A DNA stretch of 64,000 bases from the human T2T-CHM13v2.0 reference genome, Homo sapiens (GCF_009914755.1 NC_060942.1); one strand, 5' to 3'; shown: positions 49,727 through 63,195, numbered from the stretch's first letter. Made by a program: numbers and translations. The notes: generated by a model not told the origin, from the sequence alone.

Positions 49727-52299
49727 AAATTGGTTAACATTTTTAACAAGCAATGTAATTCGCCAATAAAGTTTAAAGAAGATGAAAAAATGATTGTTTG
49801 AATAGATAAAGAAAAACACCGGATTAAGTCCAATATGATAAAGACTCATTAAAAAAACTGTCAGTAAACTAGGAAACAAAAGAGTTGAGAGCTGGACGTT
49901 CCACGCCCATATGCTGCCCATTAATGTCAGATATGACTTATGTATAAGACTGATAGAACTGTCTAAGTAAATACAATATCCTAAACCTGAAAAAAGAGGT
50001 TTGTGGAAAACCTGCAGCTAATATCCTATTTAACAGTGAAAGAATGAATATTTTACCCTTGAGATCATGAAGCAAACGAAGTCTACTCTCACCACTTTTA
50101 CTCGACATTATTTTGGAACAAGTAGAATAAAGTGTGACAGAAATAAAAGGCATCTAGATTTGAAAGGAAGAAGTTAAACTATTTATTCACAGATGAATAA
50201 TCACTTATGTAGAAAAGCTAATGGAATCTACAGGAAAGCTACCAAATCTAATAAGTAAGTTTAAAATGCACCATGCTAAAATAAGCAATTGTATTTCTCC
50301 ATTTTATGCATTGCATTTCTAGCAATGAACTACTGAAAGCAGAAATTTTTAAAAAAACAAGACAATTTTTCAAAGCATTGAACAATATAAAATTGGGATA
50401 AATCTGACAAAAGACAAGCATGTCCTGTACACTGTACACATCCACGTCCTGTACTATCAAACATCAATGGGGGACATTAAAGAGGACTTAAATAAATGGC
50501 GGTATTAGTGATTGTTATGCATTTGAAGGCTCAATGTAGTTAAAGGGTCAGTTCTTCCCAAAAGGATCCACAGACTCAAAGAAGTCCCAATCTAAATCCT
50601 GGGAGCTTCTTTGTTTTGTTTTGGTTTGGTTTTTGTACAAACTGACTAGCTGATTCTAAACTTCATATGGGAAGGCAAAGAACCTAGAATAACCACAACT
50701 TTGAAACGATAAACGAAGTGGAAGAACATACAATACCTGATTCAATATTTATTATAAGGTAATCATGACAGTATAGTATTTGGCATGAAGGCAGATGTCA
50801 GTATAATGGAACAGACAGTTCAGAAATAGAGCCCATATTTGTTAAAAATATATGGACAAAATATTGTATATAAAAATGCAAAGACAGTTCAATGGAAAAG
50901 GTCAGTCTTTAATACATGGTGCTAGAACAATTAAATATCCATGTGCAAAAAATAACATTTGATTCATCGTGCACAATATAAAAATTTGTTCAAAATTAAT
51001 CACAGACCTGAATGTAAAACCTTAGAGTCTAAAAGAAAACAGTAGAAAATTTTTGTGACTTTGGGTTAGACAAAAATTTCTTATATGTGATACTAATTGC
51101 ATAATGTGTAAAAGATAAAAAAAGAAATTTAACTTTTAAATGAAACACTTTATTTTTGAAATCAATGTTAAGAGAAAGACAAGACAAGCTCCAGATTTGA
51201 AGAAAGTATTTGCAAAGCATATATCTAATAAATAACTTGTATCCATAATATGTATAGGAATTTCAAGACCCAATAATAAGAAAAAATCCGAATAAAAAAT
51301 GGACAAAAGATTTGAATAAACAATTCAAAGAAGACATAACGATAGCAAGTAAGTACATAAAAACTTGCCCCCATCGTTAATAAGTCATTAGGGAAATGCA
51401 AATTAAAACCACAATGAGATCCCACTAATACCTATTAAAATATCTATAATCTAAATGATTGACAATGCCATGTTTTATCAAGGATATAGCACAACTGTAC
51501 CTCTCCTGTACAGCTGGTGGGAATATAAAATGGCATGACCACTTCAGAAAATGTTTTTGAAGTTTCTTAAAAAATTCGATATATACCTACTGTATGATCT
51601 AGTCATTCCACCCGTAGGTATTCACCCAAAATAATAAAGGCATAGGTTCATACAATGACTAGTACATAAATGTTTGTATTAGCTTTATTTGTAATAGCCA
51701 AAAATTGTAAACAATCCAAATGTCTATCAACAGCTGAATGGAGAAAGAAAATGTGGTATAACCCTGAAATAGAATGCTGCTCCGCAATAATAAGAAACTC
51801 ATTATTGATACACACAATAGTATGGATGGATCTCAAAAAATTATGCCAAGTGAAAGAAGTCAGATGAAAAAAGAGTACAGAAAGTTTGATTTTAATTTTA
51901 TGAAATTCTAGAAAATGCAACCTAATTTTATTGACAAAAAGCAGATCGGTGGTCGCCTCGGGACAGGAGCAGGTTAGAGATGGGCAGGAGGGGGAATTAT
52001 AAAGGTCTATAGGGAAACGTTCAGAGGTTATGGATGTGTTCGTAATCTTGATTGTGATGACATACTTATACAGGGTGTATATGTCAAAACTTATTAAATT
52101 GTGCACCTTAAACATACATAGTTTATTATATGTGAACTATATCTTCCATAAAGCTGTTCATAAAAAATACAAAAATTGACGCTATTCAAAATAAATACCC
52201 ACAATAAAACTTTTCGTATCCATTTATTTAGCCATATGCAATTAATTTTTGTTCTGCTGTATTTTGAATCAACAATATGCATTCATGATTTTGATCTGC

Positions 52300-55200
52300 T
52301 ATAGACTAAAAAGAATCCAGAAAACTTTTAATCAATTACTCATTTTTGTCTGAAAGTTATTTAAGGTTGTCAGCTTCTAAGCTTTTACCAAAGAGTCTAT
52401 TTTTTGAATAATCAATAATTCATAGTACCTAGTTTGATCCTTTTCATAAGCCTTGAGACACAATTCTAGCCAATAGCTTTTAGCAGATCCTTCAGACAAA
52501 CATCAGATGAAAGCAGATGTATTTTATATATTTTATAATGAAACTGAAATATAGTTAATTTATTACTGTTGTCAGTCACAGGATAATTGAAGAGAGTAAA
52601 ATTTCTATGTGGGTACAGTATATAACTATTTCATAGTAGTTTGATCAATATATCTCCTGAGGGTAAGGACATTTCTATGGATAACAAGAGTTTAACAAAT
52701 CACTACAAGTCTCCAAGGCTTTTCTATGGAGTGTAGAAACTTAACCTAGGCAAGTCTGAGTGTGTCTTTTGTTTTAAAATTTTCCTATGCAGTTTATACA
52801 ATAGTTTGAAGCTAATCAAGAAACATGAGAAAGAATTCTAATATTCCTAGCATCACTCTTTTTATAGCAAATCATTGTGATTCTTTGCTGTGACTGCTGT
52901 GGTAAATCTCAAAAATGGTTTGAGGTGTGAAAGCTATCCTAAAGTTTCGTTTTCCTTCGATCCAACCCTGGAAAGGCAAACTATGAAGAGTTGTCAGAGT
53001 GGACTTCATCACTTCATTAGGTCAAGTTTACAAATGCCAGAGTAATAATATTACACTTCAGTACATTTTAAAACTAAACACAGAAGAAGAAAACTCAATT
53101 GTACAGAATTTTAGCTCTTATGTAAGTAAGGAACTGTTTATTTTCAATTAACCATGAGAAAGTCAACAAAAAAGCAGTGAAGTTTATTCTGGTGAAATAT
53201 GAAATCTCTGCTCTCCGACCTGATTACAGAGAAAGTTAAAAAATAAAAATAACCTTTTACTATCCCTCATTAAAGCCTGCAAAACCAATTTATTCTTTTA
53301 ACAAAGAGAAAGTCAAATTCTAGTTTTACATGATTATATTATTTGACATTTCAGGTTTATGAGTTCCCCTGAAAAATTATCTTACAAATAAGCCCTTAAT
53401 ATGGAAAGATTTTGCTGAATTTTTAATATCTTTTATAGCATTTTTTCAGACTCAGCGAATATAAACTAAGGCCCATAGTGTCCCATTTTATCAAACTTTC
53501 TAAAGTTTGTAAAGTCTCCTGAAGTTTCTAAATATTTCTAAAGTTTTGTCTTTCAGTATGTTCTTTCATATTGTGAAACAGACTGACAGTTTAGTCCAAC
53601 ATTATTACTACTCTCTTTTTTCCTTGAAAAACAAAACCTCATCGCATCACCTTGTATACAGAGTTGTATTTCTTCTCACTGTGGTTCCTAGTATAGTCAT
53701 AATCACCTACATTAATTGTAACTTTTAACCAAAATAATACTTTCTGTTTGGTAGAGAAAACTAGGAGATGAGAAAACAGTCTCATAGACAAGCATTTTTG
53801 CAGTTAGCAAAACTCATGATACTTATACCACAATTTCCTATGGGTAACCATATTTTATACCCTCTTAAAATAGCAAAAAGAATTTTTTTTTCTTAATGTA
53901 AGCCAAAGACACAACTACTCTATAACATGCAAGCAGAATAAACAAAGATGTATTATACAAATTGGAATTATGCTTAGTCAGCATGGTTTCACTGCTCTGT
54001 GTTACTTAGAAATTATCCAGATATCTAAAGCTTATTCATTATTTAACTTGACTTGATATTAATTCAAGTTTTTAAGTTAAGGATTTTAGAAATCATGTCT
54101 ACATTGACACAAAACATAATTACCCTTATAAAAACATTTTTTTAAAATATGATTCAATTTAGTTGAATCTAAAGTCACATTTCTATAATCTTGAACATTA
54201 TGTAGAAGTCATATTATTTTCTTTAATACATAAAGGAATTTAGAAAGTTTAGATTAACTAGTTTCTTCATGAGAAAACAAGCTCATAATTGTATAAAAGT
54301 AAAATATAATGTTGTATTATACTTAATGCTGATAAATCAGACAAAAAACATATAGGTCTTTTTTTAGTTTCTTAGCCTGTAATTATTAAAGGTGCCTGAT
54401 TTGTTCAAAGACTTGTCTTAATTGTGTGGACTTGAATGTTTAAATGTTTCTGCGTTAGGATTTTCTATAAGAAATATTTTTTTTTCAAAATCTAGCACAC
54501 TTGTGTTAATTGTATTTGTCAACTTGACTGGGTTAAGGGATACCCAGATATCTAGTAAAACATTTTTGAGTGTGTCTGTGAGGGTGTTTCTGGAAGAGAT
54601 TAGCACTTGCATTGGTAAACTGAATAAAGAATATCCACCTTTACCAATGCGAGCCTGCATTATCTAATCAATTGAGGGCCCAAATAGAACAAAAACTGAG
54701 AGGGAGGGTGAATCCTGTTTCTTTCTTCTGAAGTTGGACCATTCATCTTCTTCTGCCCTCAAACTCCAGAGCTCCTGGTTTTCAGGACTTGAGACTCCAG
54801 GACATACAGCAGTATTTCCCACCTGGTTCTCAGGCCTTTGGTCTTGGACTGGTAATTGCATCATTGGCTCCCCTAGCTTTCAAGACTTCAAAATTAGTCT
54901 GAATTACACCACCAGCTTCTTCTATCTTCAGCTTGCAGATGGCAGATGGTAGAGCTTCCTTTTCTCCATAATCATGTGAGTCAATTCCCATAATAAATTT
55001 CCTCTTATATATCTCTCTATGTATATCCTATTGGTTCTGTTTTTCTTGAGAACCTAATACAACACTTAAAGTAATAGACAAGTTGCTATATTTTCTATGA
55101 ATTTTGACTATATTCAATTTATATACAGATATATAAGTACTTATTTAACTGTACAAGGCAATTTCAAAAGATCTCCTTTAATTTAAGAGGTATTATAAAT

Positions 55201-55800
55201 AATCCATTTATTAATACCCTCTAGATATAGAAAAAGATTTTATATTCACACGAGATAGAAAGCCTTTTTTAAATTACAGAAAATACTTTATATCTTAAGT
55301 TCTATAATTTTGGCCTTAAATCAGAAGTAAACATAGACTCACAAAAATTCTTCAGTCTATGTCTCAAAGACTGTTGTTCCTAGTGAACATAAATTTTTAA
55401 TGGATTTGAGATCATAAATTGATGTACAAATAAACAAAATGACTAACTAGATTCGCTGTCATTGCTCCCTCTAAGGAATAGGATTTCAATAATCTATCTA
55501 ACAGATATCACCAAATGGTCTTCTGTAAAACCAAATCCTTAATTATTGCTACAAATGGGAAATAACGTATAGCCTGTGTGAATCCAGAATGTAAATAAAA
55601 CACAAAATCACAGTTAAAATAAAAACAAAACTAGAGAGACAAAGTTAAAGTTCTTTTACTGGTTGGGGTGAAATATGGGAAGTAAAAAAATGCCTAGCAG
55701 GTCATAGCATATATGCGTTTCTTTGGCAAGAGCGTTTACTTGGCTGTCTCAGGTGAATCTACATGGACGTCTCAGTGAGAGCTCCAAAAATCAGTGAAGA
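52300..55800 (-). mobile_element. Probable decayed non-autonomous ERV1 (MER4-group-like) internal sequence
   Basis: Long AT-rich non-L1 tract whose character resembles MER4-group internals. No ORFs. Family assignment is by impression only. Confidence 0.4.
54502..55061 (+). mobile_element. MLT2B-type ERVL solo LTR
   Basis: TGTCAACTTGACTGGGTTAAGGGAT.CCCAGATA...GTGTCTGTGAGGGTGTTTCTGGAAGAGATTAGCA...CCTATTGGTTCTGTTT...CTAATACA. Perfect 5-bp TSD ACACT. Confidence 0.92.
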
Positions 55801-56048
55801 ATCGGTTTTGACAGGGCCAAATCATGACTTTTATGCAAATATAAAATAAGTACAATTTGAACGTTTTATTTAACTTATTAAATAATGAGAAAAGCATTTT
55901 AAAGTTAAAAGCAATCAAAAGAACATTTAAGAAACTAGCCAAATATTTGTATATATATCTAGATATATATATATGTCTAGGTGTCACACGTGTGCATGCA
56001 TGTTTGTGTTTATTATATCTACATATCTATCTATATCTGTATCATCTA

Positions 56049-56687
56049 TATGATGGTTTTTTGAAGTGTCAGTTTGAGTAGGCTAAACTCCAGTCCCCAG
56101 GATTCCTTTTATAGTATGTGTCTTGTTAATGTGGGTCCCTAGGGATATTCCCTTGAGGGAGTTGAAAGACAGAAGGAGGCAGTGAGTGTTTTATAGCAAA
56201 CATTTCTCCCAGTTATTCAACCAAACACTAATCTAGGTATTTTTGTAAAGAAATTTTGCAAATGTAATTAAGGCCCTTTATGTCAACTGACATTAAGTTA
56301 ATTAAGAGAAAAATTATCTTGACTGGGGACAGCAATCAGTTTGAAGAACTTTGGAAGAGGATGGAGACCTTCCCTAAGATCAAAGGGCACCTGGATCTGA
56401 AATTACTCTCCCTTTCCCGGGGTTCTTCCATTCTAGCTGCCACCTGTGGACAACGAACTTTCTTCAGCCCAACACTTTGGAGTTAATTCCTACTTACGAT
56501 TTTTTCCTGTGTGCTGTCTTACAGACTTTAGGCTTCCTTAGCTATTCTCTAGAATTGTATAAGACAATTCCTTATAAACAAATATATATGTGCTTATAAA
56601 ACTATAAATTTGTAATATATAGTATATTAAAATAGATATTTATAATCTCCTACTGGCTCTTCTTCTCCGATTGAATATTTAGGTACA
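56049..56687 (+). mobile_element. Older MLT2-family (MLT2D/E/F-like) ERVL LTR
   Basis: GTGTCAGTTTG..TAGGCT...CCCAGTTATTCAA.CAAACACTAATCTAGGT...CTCCTACTGG.TCT. Confidence 0.65.
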
Positions 56688-57110
56688 TAACTGGTTAATG
56701 TCCAACAGGGCAATAAACTATAACCTTTGTAATTATTACTTTCACCAGGTTGAAATTATTTTTATCTCTGAAAGACCAACATCTACAAATTAACATGAAA
56801 TTTCTCAAAATCTATGAGTTTTAAATAGTGTGGTAAACAGTGGATTTAACTACGTATATTTTCTGAGATAATCATTGGGTGATCTTCCACTTGAATAGTA
56901 TTGAAAGGTTATGTTGCCTATATTTTTGTCTATTTTTTTAAATTTTGAATAATTTACCGTAATATATTAAGGATTATCTTTTTTACTTAAAAGATAATTT
57001 ACAAACTGGGTAATAGATGTGCAATTTATATCACTGACAAAACATTAAGTGAAGAATATATAGTCTTTAAGTCAATTAAAAAAACAGCTCACCAGAAAAA
57101 TGGGCAAAAG

Positions 57111-57797
57111 CAACAGATGCTGGAGAGGATGTGGAGAAACAGAAATGCTTTTACACTGTTGGTGGGAGTATAAACTAGTTCAACCATTGTGGAAGACAGT
57201 GTGATGATTCCTCAAGGATCTAGAACTAGAAATACCATTTGACCCAACGATCCCATTACTGGGTATATACCCAAAGGATTATAAATCATGCTACTATAAA
57301 GACACATGCACACATATGTTTATTGTGGCACTATTCACAGTAGCAAAGACTTGGAACCAATCCAAATGTCCATCAATGATAGACTGGATTAAGAAAATGT
57401 GGCACATATACACCATGGAATACTATGCAACCATAAAAAGGAATGACTTCATGTCCTTTGCAGGGACATGGATGAAGCTGGAAACCATCATTCTGAGCAA
57501 ACTATCACAATGACAGAAAACCAAACACTGCATGTTCTCACTCATAGGTGGGAACTGAACAATGAGAACACTTGGACACAGGGCTGGGAACACCACACAC
57601 CAGGGCATGTCATGGGGTGGGGGGCAGGGGGAGGGATAGCATTAGGAGATATACCTAATGTAAATGATGAGTTAATGGGTGCAGCAAACCAACATGGCAC
57701 TTATATACCTATGTAACAAACCTGCAAGTTGTGCACATGTACCCTAGAAGTTAAAGTATAATAAAAAATGAAAAGAAAAGAAAAATAAAAAAAAAAA
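57111..57797 (+). mobile_element. 5'-truncated L1PA5/L1PA6-like 3' end
   Basis: ORF 57316-57513 [32 protein letters not shown], then 3' UTR and A-tail. Perfect 17-bp TSD AGAAAAATGGGCAAAAG (57094-57110, 57798-57814). Confidence 0.95.
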
Positions 57798-57856
57798 AGA
57801 AAAATGGGCAAAAGACGTGAACATGAGTTTTACAGAAAGTAAATAGCATTTGGCCA

Positions 57857-58188
57857 TGATATTGTTTGGCTCTGCATTCCCACTCGAATCTTATCTGGAA
57901 TTGTAATCCCCATGTTTTAAAGAGGTACCTGATGAGAGGTGACTGGATCATGGAGTGGCTTTCCCCATGCTGTTCTCATGATAGTGAGGGAGTTCTCAGG
58001 AGATCTGATGGTTTTAAAAGTGGCAGTTTTCACTTGTGCTCTCTCTCTCCTGCCATCTTGTGAAGAAGGTGCCTGCTTCCCCTCCACCCTCCACCATGTG
58101 GAACTTTGAGTCCATTAAACCTCTTTTGTTTATAAATTACGCAGTCTCAGGTAGTATCTTTATAGCAGTGTGAAAACAAACTAATACA
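57857..58188 (+). mobile_element. THE1D-type MaLR solo LTR (short internal deletion)
   Basis: TGATATTGTTTGGCTCTG...ATTAAACCTCTTT...CTAATACA. Perfect 5-bp TSD GGCCA. Confidence 0.92.
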
Positions 58189-58767
58189 GGCCAGTAATCA
58201 TGTGGAGAGATGTTCTACCTTATTTGAGATTAGAGAAACATAAATTTGGACTGTGCATAGGCACCATTTCATACCCATTCTATTTGCAAACATTGGTAAG
58301 TGTGATGCTATGAAATGTTGGAGAAAATGTGGATTTAAAAAGATTCTTATAAATTGTTGTAGGTAAACACTTTAAAATATTTTAACATTCCTTTGTGTGG
58401 GTAAATATTCACACGTCAAATAGTCACAGATTCAAACTCCTTATATACACCCAGGAGAAAATATTGTACCTATACACTGGGAATCACATACAAGGAAGGT
58501 TAGTAGAGATTTAGACATATCTTTAAGAGAAAAACAAGAAAAATGCAGTCAATTAAAAAAACAGATATATTCACGTGGAAAAATATTGTTTAGTAGTGAA
58601 ATAAATGAATCATACCTAGTTACAGGTAACAGCAGAATGATATTGAATGAAACACAGAATAGATGAAACATAGAATAATATTGACCCTAAAATTAATTTC
58701 TATAAAATTATGCCAAGGTCACTGTGTCGTAAACATTCACATTGAATTTCATGTACAAGTAACCCTC

Positions 58768-58850
58768 CAGTGAGCTGTGTTGATGTCACTGCACTCCAGC
58801 CTAGGTGACACCACAAGACCCTGACTCAAAAAAAAGAAAAAGAAAAAAAA
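58768..58850 (+). mobile_element. Alu 3' fragment (J/FRAM-like)
   Basis: CAGTGAGCTGTG...CACTGCACTCCAGCCT.GGTGACA...GACCCTG.CTC plus A-tail. Confidence 0.8.
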
Positions 58851-58869
58851 ATTAAACCACCTTAAAACA

Positions 58870-59780
58870 TTGACTATTGCATTTTCAAATATGAAGGTAT
58901 TAGTGACCTTGAAGAAAGTGTTTTCTGTGGGGTTTTGGAGACAAAAGCCTGATTAGATTAAAATCATGGAAGAATGGGAGATGAGAATTTGGAAACTGTA
59001 CAAACAGTTCTTGTGAGGAATTTTTTTTTTCTGTGGAGCAATGCAGATCTATTTCAGAGCTACATAGAGATATGGTATCAGAGACTTTTTGTTTAATATC
59101 AGAGAAATTGCAGTATGCATTTGCACTGATGTAGGTGATGCAGAGGAAATTGAGGATAATTACTGGGGCAAAGTCCTTGAGAAAGTGAGAGTGGATGGAA
59201 GCCCATAGAATGGTGGGTTTTAGAACATGAGCGATTCATCTGTTATAATGAAAAAACCTGTCAATGTTCATCAATACATACATACAGGCTGTTAGATTTG
59301 ATGGTGAGAAGTGTAAGGAGCTTCATTTTTGCCGTCTGAGAGTGATGAGGAGTCAGATGTTGATGGTTTGAGGAGAGATGAGAAATGTGGAAGAGATATT
59401 TAGAGAAAGGGAAAGAAAATTGACTAGAGGACCTCTATAAAGAATGCTGGGAATAGCCATTTGAGGTTTGTGCTCCAGTCAGCATCAGAGTGTTTTTCTT
59501 CAGTCATGTTTAACTGTTCAGGTACTGTCAAGGAATAAATTGAAAGCTGGTTTCCCTAGGGTTGAAGTTTACTTGGCTAGTGCCATGAAGAGAGGGGACA
59601 AGGGAATTGAACTTCCATATATGGAGTAATTATAATGGGAGATCATGTGATCCAAAGGCATATCCTATGGGATCTCATAGATCACTATAAAAACTGTGGC
59701 CTTTACTTAGAGTAAAACAAAAAAACATCAGAAAGTGTTGAGCAGAAGATTGACATGATTCAACTTTCTCTGTGGCTAGG
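58870..59780 (-). mobile_element. L2 fragments
   Basis: TTAGTGACCTTGA..AAAG..TTT, AAGCCTGATT, AAGTCCTTGAG, TTGAGCAGA...TGACATGAT purine-rich antisense L2 motifs. Confidence 0.6.
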
Positions 59781-59884
59781 GCAGAAGGAGCATGGGAGAT
59801 AGGTTCAGAAGGGCCATGTCTCCCTGGGTCCTTTTAGCGCATTAGAACACCAGTATTTTAGTAGGCAGCATACACTTAAAATAC

Positions 59885-60030
59885 AGTAGCTCAAATATTC
59901 CCACATCCCCTGTAAAGGTAGGTGTTAACAGATTCATTTTACAGAAAAGAAATCTGAGGTTCTGAGAGGTAAAATGACCCAATTAAAATCTCTCTTAACT
60001 CAGAGGTGGCAGAACCAAGATTCAATCATG
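59885..60030 (-). mobile_element. MIR
   Basis: CATTTTACAGA..AGAAA.CTGAGGTTC.GAGAGGT.AA.TGAC...GTGGCAGAACCAAGATTCAA. Confidence 0.7.
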
Positions 60031-60255
60031 AATATGAACTAAAAGGAAAAGAGAGAAAGACATCTTTGAATTTAATGGAAAGTAGGAAAATTTATACTAA
60101 TGTTTTTTGTTTGTTTGGTTGACTTTGCCCAGAGGGACTTTGATGAGGAGCAAAGTTGTAAGGGACTTTTTAAACTAAGCTTTGTAATGCATAAAATAGA
60201 CATGATCTGTTATGATAAATTTTAGCTGCTATTGATGATGATGATGATGATGATG

Positions 60256-61075
60256 ACTTTATTGGTCAGCTTTCTGAGCTCCCACAGGTGCCCGGTGCTA
60301 TCCTAAACAACTCATATGTGTCAATTAATTTAATCTTCACAACAATCTTCCATGTATAGAATAAGCATGACCCATGGGGAGAAACCAGAACCCACCTGTA
60401 TTTTCAACCTCACAGTCCATTTACATCTTCTATGGAGGTGGTGTCACTCCAGTCACTGAATGCAAACTTAGGAAGTCACACAATTTTTCTGATGGATTTT
60501 AGGTAATAACATCATATAGTTATTTTTTGCTTCAAGATACTAGTCTCTATTAGAATGGCATTTTGATATATTAATAAACACTTCATTACTCAATGCAAGT
60601 TAAGGCCCCTCCTCTCTTAACTAAGGGGAGAGAAATATAATTGGATTTTCCTCTGATTCTCCTTTATCTCCATTTCTCCTTAGTATGTTTTTGGATCCCT
60701 CCTTGGTTGGATTGGGTAGAGGGTAAGGAGGAGAGGTAAGGAGTTTATGACAATTCTTACTTCCCCAGTATTGTCTTCATGATCTTTGAGACTGACTGAT
60801 ATTTAAAGCTGACTCTTTCATAGGGTACTTGTGGATTTTCTGTGATCCTCCTGCTGAATCTTTTTGATTGCAACTCCATTTGTCTCTGTGCAACTTTCTA
60901 ATTTAACGTACTTTCATATATAAAAATTGGTAGTATAATTAGCTCCATTTTACAGACAAGAAAACAGGCACAGAGAATTTAAGAAATTTACCCATGTTCA
61001 CACAGGCAGTGAGTAGTAGAGTCCATCTAATTTCTGAGCTTGATTTTGGAGCTTATACTCTTAACCACTAAGCTA
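60256..61075 (-). mobile_element. MIR split by a ~575-bp unidentified insertion; (GAT)n at 60232-60255
   Basis: ATTTAATCTTCACAACAATC ends ~60350. GGTAG...CCATTTTACAGA.AAGAAAAC.GGCACAGAGA resumes ~60929. Confidence 0.65.
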
Positions 61076-62242
61076 AATAATGGCAGGATTGCCAAGCTAA
61101 TACAGCTCTCACTCGTCTCCCAGGCAAAAAGCAAACATTCTGGGACAGCAGGACAGAGCCTAAGCAGCACACACAAGAGATAACTTTCTTGAAACTGCAT
61201 GCCATAGACATTGACTAAAGCCCCTTTTTAGAGAAGGAGCTCTGATGTGCCACTTTCAGTGTCAAAAACCAACTGGGAACAGAACCAAAGTCTGTGAAAG
61301 GTACATATTCTGGTCCTTATAGCAGCCATACTTGTAGTTGGGTCCAGCTAGAGAACAGGGTTGAGAAGAGTATTGTTCTTCTCTAGAATTTTCTAAATGG
61401 GTACATTACGTGTCCTAAAAGAATAAGCCAAATACAGGAGTTGGAATTTAACCTTTAGCTGCCCCATCTTGGATGGCACAGGGCTCTGAGATCCTATCTA
61501 TCGGGATGGAGAGTGAAGGTTAAGCATTAGATTATTGCAACATGTATATCTATAACAGATATCTTGTGCATTTTAGCATTTACACCAGATATCAGAGCTG
61601 GTTCTAGATAAGGATCCCAGAAACTTCAGCAATACCCGGAGTGTACCTAAAGCTGGTTCACACAGCCCTAAATGCATGAAATAATCTGCACTCCTACAAG
61701 TACAGATTTAACTCCTTTTAGCATTGGCCTGCTTAAAACAATCCCCCAATTTAGATTCTTAACCACCTGGATCTTAACCACTTTAGAAATCATTTGTCAT
61801 TCTATTTTTTTCCCATCTCCCTCATTAGGAGAGAGACTTATCCACTTATCTTCTATTTATGAGTTTTCACTCTGATGGTTCACCGTCTTTACATCTGGGT
61901 GCCTGCTTTACTTTTTTTTCTTAGCTACTGCTTTTGTCTTTGATTATTAATTCTACAGACAGTCTTTTGAATAACATTTTATTTGATGTGTAACTGCCAC
62001 ACAGACCTCTCAAAAATCGCCACATTGCCTTACACCAGAGGGGGCATAGTGAGGAGGGACGTGGAGCTGTTCAGCTTCTCCAGTGCATAGAAACAGGATA
62101 CATGCCAGAACCAAGTCTGTGGTACATGCTGAGAAGCAGATCAACCTGCTCATCAGAGCACGGGGATTTTTAGGGCACAATCAGCAGTGAAGTGTGGCCA
62201 ATATGACAAGAGTAGGGTGTGGGCTGGGAGACAGCAATCCAG

Positions 62243-63195
62243 TGTTAACTTAAAAATCACAAGGTCTTTATAAATTTGGAAAAGGAGACATTTTTCTCAT
62301 TAAGTATTACAGCCTGCAAGGTGGCCATTCTGACAGGCTGGGAAGTGTGCTTCAGGCTGAAACCATTACCAGGCACTTGGAAAGTGAAGGGATTTAGGTA
62401 GGAGCTTTCTGCTGAAAAGGTTGGCTAAACATATATATTCAATGAGTTAAGGAGGAGTTATGAATATTCATGAAGGTGGTCCTGACACATGCGTAGTGAA
62501 CAAATATGTATGTAACATATGACTTATGTTCACCTTGGGGTGGAAACTTAACATTTAAATTCATTATATTTAGGTTCTGTAAGTCAAAAGGTCTTTTCAG
62601 GATACCAAGGCACTCATTGCACAGCCTCTGTAAACTGGCCAGAACTAGCCCATCACTGGTGGTCTTATCAGGAGAAAGTTACAGAAACCAGTCTCTTGTC
62701 TAATCAAAGCTGTAGCTATGGTTGGTGGAACAGGAGTGAGGAGTGAGGTGGTTGTCAAGGAGATAGGGGTGGGAGACTCAATTAGTCAGTGTCTGATGGT
62801 TGGTGACCTGCAATTGCTTCAATTGGTAATCTAAAGGCCTGTGCTTGTTTAGCTCCTAGAGAAAAAGGAACATTGTGGCAGTTAGAACATAGCATATTTT
62901 TTAAGCATAGTTGGGCATGACTTAAATCATTGCTTGGAATGGCTTAGGTCCTGGTTATAATTTAGTACTTTATTGTCACAAACAGTCCATTCTGTCAGTC
63001 TTATGATCTCCATTTTAACATTAATACAGTTGTTGTGTCTAAACAGCAAAAGGGAGGGGGATATAATGAGGCATGTCTGATCTTCCATCTTGTTGTGTCT
63101 AGAAATTCAGTTTTTAAGATTTTCCTGGGATCCCCTTGGCCAAGAGGAAATCTGTTCAATCAGTGAGGATCTTAAGATTTTATTTTTAATTTACG
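62243..63195 (-). mobile_element. MER49-type (MER4 group) ERV1 solo LTR
   Basis: Reverse complement begins (C)GTAAATTAAAAATAAAATCTTAAG...CCTCTTGGCCAAGGGGA...TTTAGACACAACAACTG and ends TTTTTAAGTTAACA. Perfect 4-bp TSD CCAG (62239-62242, 63196-63199). Confidence 0.85.

Larger units (their letters stand above)
56960..58720 (+). mobile_element. Old L1ME ORF2 end/3' UTR hosting L1PA and THE1 insertions
   Basis: AGAAAAATGGGCAAAAGAC.TGAACA, CACCATTTCATACCCAT, GTGAAATAAATGAA motifs flank the inserts. Confidence 0.6.

Noticed and set aside
51648-52115. 155-aa minus-strand ORF
   Set aside because: Antisense to the L1ME ORF2 end and 3' UTR; no evidence of coding function.
55950-55971. 22-bp perfect palindrome TATATATATCTAGATATATATA
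   Set aside because: Expected by-product of a short (TA)n tract.
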